From positions 3,224,001-3,288,000 of the forward strand of contig OZ218952.1 of the NCBI GenBank assembly GCA_965112735.1: a stretch of DNA of 64,000 nucleotides, given 5' to 3'. The position numbers and the translations under genes were made by a program. Of this stretch, positions 45,842-57,800 are shown piece after piece. Each line of letters starts with the position of its first letter. Within the stretch, counting starts at the first letter, position 1. Under the pieces are notes generated by a model. It did no database searches, had not been told where the DNA came from, and saw only the letters and a program-made list of their open reading frames with translations. The DNA comes from Phaeosaccion multiseriatum. Taxonomy: Eukaryota; Protista; Ochrophyta, other classes.

Positions 45842-48800
45842 GCACGCACACAGGGGAGGCAACAGTTACGGCGAGACCGGGCAGGACCCGTCGGAATCAT
45901 CAGCGACCATCGGTACAGCGGCAGGGGACATGGGCGATGACTTGCCCGACTTATGCATCGGGGGCAAGGAGCACTGGGCACTCGCACTCGCCGTCGGCAA
46001 GCACCATAGCTGCGCGGTGCGTGTTGCGCTTGGTTGGCGGCTCAACAGCGGCTTATGCTGCTGCTCTGATGCTGCTACTCTGCTTGCTGCTGCTCTGCTT
46101 GCTGGGGTGCTACCGGCCTCTGCTGCTCGCCACAGCGAGAGAGGGGATGCCAGAAGGCGAAGGGGGCATGCGACTTATCCACTTTCCTCTGCTCCCTCTG
46201 TCCAACTCTCCCTCTCTCCCTATCTTTGTCTCTCCTTCCTGGTCGGTTCATGACACTGACACTGCTGATACTCTCTCCTTGCGCAGATTCGAGATACCCA
46301 CGACATTGTCTGCTGGGGATCGAACAGCTACGGTGAGGGAGGCGAGAGGAGGAGGGAGGGAGGCCAGAGAAGAACACAGTCAACCACCTCATCCTCTCAT
46401 ACCCGGCCCCGCCCTGTGATGAACCCCTGCATCTCAAGCCCTCCCAACCCACCTCTGAGCCCCTGCTTTCCCTCTGAGCCCCTGCTTTCCCCTCTCACTC
46501 TCCATTCACTGCTTCACTGCACGTCTCTGCGTGGCTTCCTCTTGAACGCTGGGCTCGCGCTTCTCGCGCTCCAATTTATACAGGCCAGGTCAGTGGATAC
46601 CACCGGAGTGGCATGGAGTAGCGGGGGGAAGGAGGGAAGGAGGGAAGCAACAGCTTCGGTCGGGCACTGCGAACAGTGAGCATGCCCATACACAGCGTCG
46701 ACGAATGATGCATTGCCAAGGCTTGGGCCTCTCGGAAGGAGAGGGGCTCTTACAGGCGCTTGTCCTTGTCGTCCCGCCTCCTTCACCTCCCGCCCACATC
46801 CTTCCTCTCTGCTCGCATCAACCAGCTCGACTCACCCCCCCCCCCCCTCCTTCCTCTGCCTTTCCTGTCTGCTCAGCTCGGCATCGGCAGCACAGAGGAT
46901 ATCGACACAGATGCCGAGTTCAAGAGCATGGTGAGCGCCCCGACCCAAGGGGGAAGAGACCCGAGGGGGCGAAAGAGGCCCAGGGGGGGGAGCAAGGGGC
47001 AAGGGCTGAGAACACTTTCGCTGTGAGGGCCTCTTGCGAAGGGCACAACCACACGATGTATTCATACGGTCACACGCATGCGCAATCGTGATCGTGCATG
47101 TCCAAAGCTATCGTCCATCGTCCATCTGGCCGTTGCCCTTCTCTCTTTCTAAGTCTGTTTCCTTTGCACCTCACTCCTCTCACCTCCGACCTTTGTCTCT
47201 ATCTCTGACTCTGTTGTTTTGTTTCCCCCCTCTTACCTCAGAGTCCTGTGGACCTCGGGACCGACAGAACTGCGAGCGCGATAACGGCAGGCTACTTCTC
47301 CACCTGTGCACTGCTCGACACCGGTCAGTGCCAGTTCCGTGCACAGAACGGGGGGGGGGGGGGGAGGCGACGAAAGTGGGGAGGGAGTCGCGGGGTCTGA
47401 AGAATGCGAAAGACGCGATCCCTACCACCTCCTTGACATGCGTCGGACTATCCTTCTGACGCACTTTCTCGGGCATCTACCTCCTCCCATATGCCTCCAT
47501 ATCTCTCCTCTCTGCCCGCCTCTCTGCCCTACTTGTTTGACCTGTGCCTGCCCATATACCTGCAGGGTGCGTCAAGTGCTGGGGACGCGGCAAGTACGGC
47601 GGTGAGTCTCACGTGTCCCCAGAAGGGGAGAGGAAGGATAGTGCTTCCTTCCTTCCTTCCTTTCTTCCTTCCTTCCTTCCTTCCTTCCTTCCTTCCTTCC
47701 TTCCTTCCTTCCTTCCTTCCTTCCGGGGAGAGGAAGGATAGTGCTTCCTTCCTTCCTTCCTTCCTTCCTTCCTTCCTTCCTTCCTTCCTTCCTTCCTTCC
47801 TTCCTTCCTTCCTTCCTTCCTTCCTTCCTTCCTTCCTTCCTTCCTTCCTTCCTTCCTTCCTTCCTTCCTTCCTTTCTCCATCCCTTCCTCTCTCTCTCTT
47901 ACTCTTCCCACTGCATCATTCTCTCCCCTACCGCACGCCCCAAACAGAGCTTGCTCAAGGCAGCGCTGACAACATCGGAGACGAAGCCGATGAGATGGGA
48001 GACAATCTTGACTCCATCAACCTCGGCGAGGGCCGCACCGCTGTATCCATCGTGTCGGGAGCCACTCACCATTGCGCAGTAAGTCAGCAAGCGTGGGCAT
48101 TGGAGAGGCCCTCTTTCTTTCTCTCTCTCTATACATGCATCTCTATTTAGCGCACTCAAGCTTCTCTCCTCCTCCTCCTCCTCCTCCTCCTCCTCCTCCT
48201 CCTCCTCCTCCTCCTCCTCCTCCTCCTCCTCCTCCTCCTCCTCCTCCTCCTCCTCCTCCTCCTCCTCCTCCTCCTCCTCCTCCTCCTCCTCCTCCTCCTC
48301 CTCCTCCTCCTCCTCCTCCTCCTCCTCCTCCTCCTCCTCCTCCTCCTCCTCCTCCTCCTCCTCCTCCTCCTCCTCCTCCTCCTCCTCCTCCTCCTCCTCC
48401 TCCTCCTCCTCCTCCTCCTCCTCCTCCTCCTCCTCCTCCTCCTCCTCCTCCTCCTCCTCCTCCTCCTCCTCCTCCTCCTCCTCCTCCTCCTCCTCCTCCT
48501 CCTCCTCCTCCTCCTCCTCCTCCTCCTCCTCCTCCTCCTCCTCCTCCTCCTCCTCCTCCTCCTCCTCCTCCTCCTCCTCCTCCTCCTCCTCCTCCTCCTC
48601 CTCCTCCTCCTCCTCCTCCTCCTCCTCCTCCTCCTCCTCCTCCTCTCGATCGGCTAATTGTCCGTGTCCGCCTTGCCCTCTTCCTGTCCTTTTGTTGTTG
48701 CTTCCTGTCCTGCCCTGCCCTGCTGTCTCCACGTCCAAGGTGCTGGACGACGACAGCGTTACCTGTTGGGGTGCCAACAACTTGTGAGTACCAACGATCA

Positions 48801-51800
48801 GGATACGCCAACGCCCTATCACTCACTCCCTCCCTCCCTCCCTCCCTCCCTCCCTCCCTCCCTCCCTCCCTCCCTCCCTCCCTCCCTCCCTCCCTCCCTC
48901 CCTCCCTCCCCCTGTATCACCAACGCCATTTCTATCGCCGCAGCGGGACTGTCGGTATCGGAAGCACCTCAGCCTATGTGGGAAGGACCTTGGCAGACCT
49001 TCCTCTTGAACCTGTCGACCTTGGGACAGCCCCCACGCCGGCACCTACATCCACTCCGACACAAGCGCCAACCACGCATCCCACGTCAGCACCGACCGAA
49101 TCACCAACCGCTGCACCGACTGCCGCACCAACGCAGCCCCCCACCGCAGCCCCAACTGCGGCACCAACAGCTACACCAACAGCAGCACCAACATCAGCAC
49201 CAACAGCCACACCAACATCAGCACCAACAGCGGCACCAACAGCCACACCAACATCAGCACCAACATCAGCACCAACAGCCACACCAACATCAGCACCAAC
49301 AGCGGCACCAACAGCCACACCAACATCAGCACCAACAGCGGCACCAACAGCCACACCAACATCAGCACCAACCGCGGCACCAACAGCCACACCAACGTCA
49401 GCACCAACCGCCGCACCAACCGCCACACCAACATCAGCACCAACAGCAGCACCAACAGTGAATCCCACCGAGGTATGTGGCAATGCATGTTGCCTCGGGC
49501 AAGTTCGCGACTCAACTCGGGATGCTCACTCCTGAGGTGGGCCCTGCTGCCAGTTCTTCTCCTGCTCCCTCAAGTCATTCCCTCTCGTCCTCGCTTCCCC
49601 CCTTGATTCGTTCTCCCTCTCTCTTGGGACAGCAGGCACCAACCGAAGCTCCAACAACAGCTCCAACAGCAGCTCCGACAGCGGCCCCGACGCTGCTCGC
49701 TTTCTCCGCAGTGCAAGATGGAGAGACGAGTGACCTCGAGATTGTGTCTCTCGGTCATCAACTTCAAGATACAAGCGCTCCTTCGGCGGCTCCTTCGGCG
49801 GCTCCATCGGCGGCTCCATCGGCAGCACCAACCGCAACTCCATCAGCAGCTCCGACAGAAACACCAACCGCTGCACCGACCGAGGTAGGTGGTACTTCTG
49901 TCCGGCCGGGGTGGGGTAGGTGGTACTGCAGTATCAGCAACTACCGCGACCGGTGGCTCTCGTTCGTATGTTTCCGGCCGGGTTGGGGTGGGCTACCACG
50001 TGAATGTCATTCTCTCACCCTCACTTTCCTTCCCTTCTTCCTTCCTTCCTTCCTTCCTTCCTTCCTTCCTTCCTTCCTTCCTTCCTTCCTTCCTTCCTTC
50101 CTTCCTTCCTTCCTTCCTTCCTTCCTTCCTTCCTTCCTTCCTTCCTTCCTTCCTTCCTTCCTTCCTTCCTTCCTTCCTTCCTTCCTTCCTTCCTTCCTTC
50201 CTTCCTTCCTTCCTTCCTTCCTTCCTTCCTTCCTTCCTTCCTTCCTTCCTTCCTTCCTTCCTTCCCTCCTTCTTTCCTTCCTTCCTTCTTTCCTTCCTTC
50301 CTTCCTTGCCTGCTCTTCCTTTACCAGGCCCCAAGTCAGGCACCAACAACAGCACCAACAGTTTCACCGACTCAGGTAGGTTGTGGTCCCATAGCCTGTC
50401 TCTATCCCTCTCTTTCTTTGGTGTCTCTGTCCCTCCCCATCTCCCTTGCCTCTGTCCCTCTCTAACTTGGCCGCCCCGCTGGGTTTGCTCATGCACGGGA
50501 TTCTTTCTGCGGTCACTCCTCTCCGACTGTCTCACTTCCCACATCCCGCTTGTCGTATTGTCCTTCTCCTCCTCTCTCCCTTCGCCAGGCTTCAACCGCT
50601 GCACCCACGCTAGCTCCAACAGCAGCTCCAACAGCAGCTCCAACAGCAGCTCCAACAGCAGCTCCAACAGCAGCTCCTACAGCGGCACCAATTGCTGCCT
50701 CTGAGGAGAGCTCCAAGGCTTACAGCGTCACAGAGCTGCCCGCAGCGGCGTCTGCAGAGGCCCCCACCGAAGCACCAACTCATGCACCCACGCCGTCGCC
50801 AGAGCCGGATCTGGATCCCACCACCAGCTTCACGGGTGAGAGAGAGACAGCGGGATATCGGTGTGGCGGTAGTGTGGCATCAGTGGGACTTTAATGTGGC
50901 ATCAATGGGATATGAATGGGCATGAGCGGGCATGAGTGCGCATGATTGGGCATGAGTGGGCCTGGGTGGGGAAGCTGTGATTCAGAACGTCCTCTTTTCG
51001 CAGTACAGCGGCTCACGACTGCCAAACGCCCCACGCACACCGCTCTCTCTGTCCACTTTTGCCCCCCCCTCACCATCCTCTGCCATCCCCTGCCATCCCC
51101 TGCCATCCCCTGCCATCCCCTGCCATCCCCTGCCACCCTTTCCTATCCTCTGCCATCCCCCCCGCCCGTTGTCAGACGACGCGGACTGTGAGGGCATGCT
51201 TTCTGCGCGCAACAAGGCGTGGCTGCTCTCGTACGACCTTTGGATCACCTTTGACGTGCTCTGCGACTACAGCCAGCACTTCTGTAACGCCTGGGGACAG
51301 TACTACTGTCGCGTGTGTCACACGGGTGGGGGCGATGCCAAAGTGGCCGGACACACTGCCTATGCCTGCCCCACCCCCGCCCCCACTCCCGCCATCACTC
51401 CCGCCCCGGTCACGGTTGTGGCGGACGCTGGCGTCACCGTTAGTGATGTCACAGAGGAAGCCGTGAGTGCCGCTGAAGGGGACCATACGCCTACCCCAGA
51501 AGCGGAGACAGCGCCCATAGCAGCTCCAACAGAAGCTCCAACAGAAGCTCTGACGGCAGCTCCGACGGCAGCCCCGACAGCAGCTTCAATACCAGCTCCA
51601 ACAGGGGCCCAAACCGCCACACCAACGGCAGCTCCAACAGTAGTTGGTGAGACGGAAGCGCCTGAAGCTGCGGAGATGGACTCGCCTGCAGTCGAGACTG
51701 TAGCCGAAACAGCAGCGCCTGTAGCAGTGGGGACAGAAGCACGGGTAGCTGTACCGACAGACGCGCCTATAGCTGAGACCCCAGCTGCGACAGAAGCACC

Positions 51801-54800
51801 GGGACCTGGAGAGACAGACGCACCTGTTGCTGTGGAGACCGCAGGTTCGTCATCCCCTCCGACAGCAGGCCCTGCAGCAGCGTCAGCACCCGACGATGGG
51901 ACACCTTCTCCTGACGCCACTCCTGTGCCTGCTTCAGAAGCTGAGACGGTAGCTCCGTCAGCAGCGGCGACAGCAGGCCCAGCAGGAGTGTCAGCGGCAG
52001 GCGACTCGACCCCCTCTCCCAGTGCTTCACCTACGCCTACTTCACAAGCGGAGACGGCAGCTCCATCCGCTTCAGCGACAGCAGGCCCAGCACCAGAGAA
52101 TGAGACACCCTCTCCCAATGCCACCGCTACGCCTGCCTCGGAAGCTGAGACGGCAGCTTCCATAGCTGCGCCATCCGTAGCTCCGACAGCAGGCCCAGCA
52201 GCAGGCGACACGACACCCTCTCCCCATGCTTCTCCTACGCCTGCGTCAGAAGCGGAGACGGAAGCTCCATCAGCAGCTGCGACAGCAGGCTCAGCAGGAG
52301 TGTCAGCGGCAGGCGACTCGACCCCCTCTCCCAGTGCTTCACCTACGCCTACTTCACAAGCGGAGACGGCTGCTCCATCAGCTGCTGCGACAGCAGGCCA
52401 AGCAGGAGGAGGCGAGGAGATGACACCCTCTCCCAATGCTACCCCTACGCCTGCTTCGGAAGCGGAGGTGGCAACTCCAATAGCAGCGTCATCCGTAGCT
52501 CCGACACCGGGCCCAACAGGAGGGTCAGAAGGAGGCGACTCGACACCCTCTCCCAATGCTACTCCTACGCCAACTGCACAGGCAGAGACGGTAGCTCCAT
52601 CAGCGGCTGCGACAGCAGGCCCAGCAGGAGGAGATGAGGAGATGACACCCTCTCCCAGCGCTACGCCTATGCCGGCTTCACAAGCAGAGACAGCAGCTCC
52701 ATCAGCTGCTGCGACAGCAGGCCCAGCAGGAGGAGATGAGGAGATGACACCCTCTCCCAATGCTATTCCTACGCCTACTTCACAGGCGGAGACGGCAGCT
52801 CCATCAGCTGCTGCGACAGCAGGCCCAGCAGGAGGAGACGAGGAGATGACACCTTCTCCCAATGCTACTTCTACGCCTGCTTCGGAAGCAGTGACGGTAG
52901 CTCCATCAGCTGCTGGGACATCAGGCCCAGCAGGAGGAGATGAGGAGATGACACCCACTCCCAATGCTACTTCTACGCCTACTTCACAGGCGGAGACGGC
53001 TGCTCCATCAGCTGCGGCGGCAAGAGGCCCAGCAGGAGGAGACGAGGAGATGACACCCTCTCCCAATGCTACTCCTACGCCTGCTTCGGAAGCTGAGGTG
53101 GCAACTCCAATAGCAGCGCCATCCGTAGCTCCGACACCGGGCCCAACAGGAGGGTCAGAAGGAGGCGACTCGACACCCTCTCCCAACGCTATGCCTACGC
53201 CTACTTCACAAGCGGACACGGCAGCTCCATCAGCTGCAGCGACATCAGGCCCAGCAGGCGGAGGCGAGGAGACACCCTCTCCCAATGCTACTTCTACGCC
53301 TGCTTCACAGGAAGAGACGGCAGCACCATCAGCTGCGGCGGCAACAGGCCCAGCAGGAGGAGACGAGGAGATGACACCTTCTCCCAATGCTACTTCTACG
53401 CCTGCTTCGGAAGCAGTGACGGTAGCTCCATCAACTGCTGGGACAGCAGGCCCAGCAGGAGGAGATGAGGAGATGACACCCTCTCCCAGCGCTACTTCTA
53501 CGTCTACATCACAAGCAGAGACGGCAGCTCCATCAGCTACTGCGACAGCAGGCCCAGCAGGAGGAGACGAGGAGATGCCACCTTCTCCCAGCCCTGCGCC
53601 TACGCCTACTTCACAGGCGGAGACGGCAGCTCCATTAGCTGCTGCGACAGCAGGCCCAGCAGGAGGAGGCGAGGAGACACCTTCTCCCGGCGCTACGCCC
53701 AAGCCTGAATCACAAGCGGAGACGCCGGCTCCATCAGCTGCTGCGACAGCAGGCCCAGCAGGAGGAGATGAGGAGATGACACCCTCTCCCAGCGCTACTT
53801 CCACGCCCGCTTCACAAGCAGAGACGGCAGCTCCATCAGCTGCTGCGACAGCAGGCCCAGCAGGAGGAGACGAGGAGACACCTTCTCCCAGCGCTACTTC
53901 TACGCCTGCTTCACAAGTAGAGACAGCAGCTCCATCAGCTACTGCGACAGCAGGCCCAGCAGGAGGAGGCGAGGAGATGACACCCTCTCCCAGCGCTATT
54001 CCTACGCCGGCTTCACAAGCGGAGACGGCAGCTCCATTAGCTGCAGCGACAGCAGGCCCAGCAGGAGGAGACGAGGAGACACCTTCTCCGAGCGCTGCGC
54101 CTACGCCTGCTTCCCAAGCAGTGACGGTAGCTCCACCAGCTGTGGCGACAGCAGGCCCAGCAGGAGGAGGCGAGGAGGCACCTTCTCCCGGCGCTACTTC
54201 TACGCCTGCTTCACAAGCAGAGACAGCAGCTCCATCAGCTGCTGCGACAGCAGGCCCAGCAGGAGGAGACGAGGAGATGACACCTTCTCCCAGCGCTACT
54301 TCTACGCCTGCTTCACAAGCAGAGACAGCAGCTCCATCAGCGGCTGTGACAGCAGGCCCAGCAGGAGGACATGAGGAGATGACACCCTCTCCCAGCGCTA
54401 CTTCTACGCCTGAATCACAAGCAGAGACAGCAGCTCCATCAGCTGCTGCGACAGCAGGCCCAGCAGGAGGAGACGAGGAGATGACACCTTCTCCCAATGC
54501 TACTTCTACGCCTGCTTCACAAGTAGAGACAGCAGCTCCATCAGCTGCTGCGACAGCAGGCCCAGCAGGAGGAGGCGAGGAGATGACACCCTCTCCCAGC
54601 GCTATTCCTACGCCGGCTTCACAAGCGGAGACGGCAGCTCCATCTGCTACTGCGACATCAGGCCCAGCAGGAGGAGGTGAGGCGATGACACACTCTCCCA
54701 GCGCTACTCCTACACCTACTTCGCAAGCCGTGACGGCCGCTCCATCAGCTGCTCCGACAGCAGGCCCAGCAGGAGGAGATGAGGAGATGACACCCTCTCC

Positions 54801-57800
54801 CAATGCTATTCCTACGCCTACTTCACAGGCGGAGACGGCAGCTCCATCAGCTGCTGCGACATCAGGCCCATCAGGAGGAGGCGAGCAGACACCCTCTCCC
54901 AATGCTACTTCTACGCCTGCTTCACAAGCAGAGACAGCCGCTCCATCAGCTGCTGGGACAGCAGGCCCAGCAGGAGGAGACGAGGAGATGACACCTTCTC
55001 CCAGCGCTACTTCTATGCCGGCTTCACAAGCAGAGACAGCAGCTCCATCAGCGGCTGTGACAGCAGGCCCAGCAGGAGGAGATGAGGAGATGACACCCTC
55101 TCCCAGCGCTACTTCTACGTCTACTTCACAGGCAGAGACAGCAGCACCATCAGCTGCGGCGACAGCAGGCCCAGCAGGAGGAGACGAAGAGATGACACCT
55201 TCTCTCAATGCTACTCCTACGCCTACTTCACAAGCAGTGACGGCAGCTCCATCAGCTGCTGCGACAGCAGGCCCACCAGGAGGAGACGAGGAGATGACAC
55301 CCTCTCCCAGCGCTACTTCTACGTCTACTTCACAAGCAGAGACGGCAGCTCCATCAGCTGCTGCGACAGCAGGCCTAGCAGGAGGAGGCGAGACGACACC
55401 GTCTCCCAGCGCTACACCTACGCCTGCTTCAGAAGCTGAGACGACAGCTCCATCAGCGGCAGCGACATCAGGCCCAGCAGGAGGAGGCGAGGAGACACCC
55501 TCTCCCAGCGCTACTCCTACACCTACTTCGCAAGCCGTGACGGCCGCTCCATCAGCTGCTGGGACAGCAGGCCCAGCAGGAGGAGACGGGGAGATAACAC
55601 CCTCTCCCAGCCCTACGCCTACTCTACAAGCGGAGACGGCAGCACCATCAGCTGCTGCGACATCAAACCCAGCAGGAGGAGGCGAGGAGGTGACACCCTC
55701 TCCCAATGCTACTTCTACGCCTACTTCACAGGCGGAGACGGCAGCTCCATCAGCTGCTGCGACAGCAGGCCCAGCAGGAGGAGACGAGGAGATGACACCT
55801 TCTCCCAATGCTACTTCTACGCCTGCTTCGGAAGAAGTGACGGTAGCTCCATCAGCTGCTGGGACATCAGGCCCAGCAGGAGGAGACGAGGAGATGACAC
55901 CCTCTCCCAGCGCTACTTCTACGTCTACATCACAAGCAGAGACGGCAGCTCCATCAGCTACTGCGACAGCAGGCCCAGCAGGAGGAGACGAGGAGATGAC
56001 ACCTTCTCCCAGCCCTGCGCCTACGCCTACTTTACAGGCGGAGACGGCAGCTCCATTAGCTGCTGCGACAGCAGGCCCAGCAGGAGGAGGCGAGGAGACA
56101 CCTTCTCCCGGCGCTACGCCCAAGCCTGAATCACAAGCGGAGACGCCGGCTCCATCAGCTGCTGCGACAGCAGGCCCAGCAGGAGGAGACGAGGAGATGA
56201 CACCTTCTCCCAATGCTACTTCTACGCCTGCTTCACAAGTAGAGACAGCAGCTCCATCAGCTGCTGCGACATCAGGCCCAGCAGGGGGAGACGAGGAGAT
56301 GACACCTTCTCCCAGCGCTACTTCTACGCCTACTTCACAGGAAGAGACGGCAGCTCCATCAGCTGCTGCGACAGCAGGCCCAGCAGGAGGAGGCGAGGAG
56401 ATGACACCTTCTCCCAATGCTACTTCTACGCCTGCTTCCCAAGCAGAGACGGCAGCTCCATCAGCTGCTGCGACAGCAGGCCCAGCAGGAGGAGGCGAGG
56501 AGACACCTTCTCCCAAGGCTACTTCTACGCCTGCTTCACAAGTACAGACAACCGCTCCATCAGCTGCTGCGACAGCAGGCCCAGCAGGAGGAGACGAGGC
56601 GAGGACACCTTCTCCCAGCGCTACTTCTACGCCTGCTTCACAAGCAGAGACAGCAGCTCCATCAGCTGCTGCGACAGCAGGCCCAGCAGGAGGAGACGAG
56701 GCGATGACACCTTCTCCCAATGCTACTTCTACGCCTGCTTCACAAGCAGAGACAGCAGCTCCATCAGCTGCTGCGACAGCAGGCCCAGCAGGAGGAGGCG
56801 AGGAGATAACACCCTCTCCCAGCGCTACGCCCACGCCTGCTTCCCAAGCAGAGACGGCAGCTCCGTCAGCTGCTGGGACAGCAGGCCCAGCAGGAGGAGA
56901 CGAGACGCCCTCTCCCAATGCTACTTCTTCGGAAGGTGAGGCGGCAGCTCCAATAGCAGCGCCAACCGTAGCTCCGACACCGGGCCCAGCAGGAGGGTCA
57001 GAAGGAGGCGACTCGACACCCTCTCCCAACGCTACACCTACGCCTACTTCACAAGCGGACACGGCAGCTCCATCAGCTGCAGCGACAGCAGGCCCAGTAC
57101 ACGATGATACGCCTTCTCCCAGCGCTACTTCTACACCTATTTCAGGAGCTGAGACCCCGGCTCCATCCGATGGCTCAACAGCCGCGCCAGCAGGAGGCAC
57201 AGAAGCAAGCACGGCAGCTCCATCCTTAGCTCCGACAGCAAGCCCAGCAGGAGAGACGGCAGCAGGAGGCGACGAGACACCTTCGTCCAATGCTACGCCT
57301 TCGCCTACTTCGGAATCTGGGATGCCAGCTCCTTCGACAACAGGTCCAGCAGAAGTGCCAGCACCAGAAAAAGGGACAGCTTCGCCCTCTGTTACTCCTG
57401 CGCCTGCTTCAGAAGATGAGACGGCAGCTCCATTAGCAGCTCCGACAGCAGGTCCACTCGGGGCACCAACAGCAGGCGAGGCGACACCCTCTCCCTTTGC
57501 TGCTCCTGCGCTTGCTTCAGAAGGGGAGACGACAACCCCCTCAGTAGCCCCGACAGCAGGCCCAACAGGAGGGTCAACAGAAGGAGGCGGTGACCCCCCA
57601 TCTCCCGATGCTACTCCAGCGCCTGCGTCGGAAGCTGAGCCGACAGATCCATCAGCAGCTCCGACAGCAGGCCCAGCAGGGATGCCCGCCAATGTTGACT
57701 ATACACCCTCTCCAAATGATGCTGTCACGTCGGGCCCAGAAGCTGGGACGCCAGCTCCACTAGTTGATCTGACAGCGCCAGAAGGAGGATCAGCAGCAGA

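Noticed and set aside
47899-48826. Poly-E, poly-G and poly-P ORFs
   Set aside because: Translations of an intronic (CCT)n tract.
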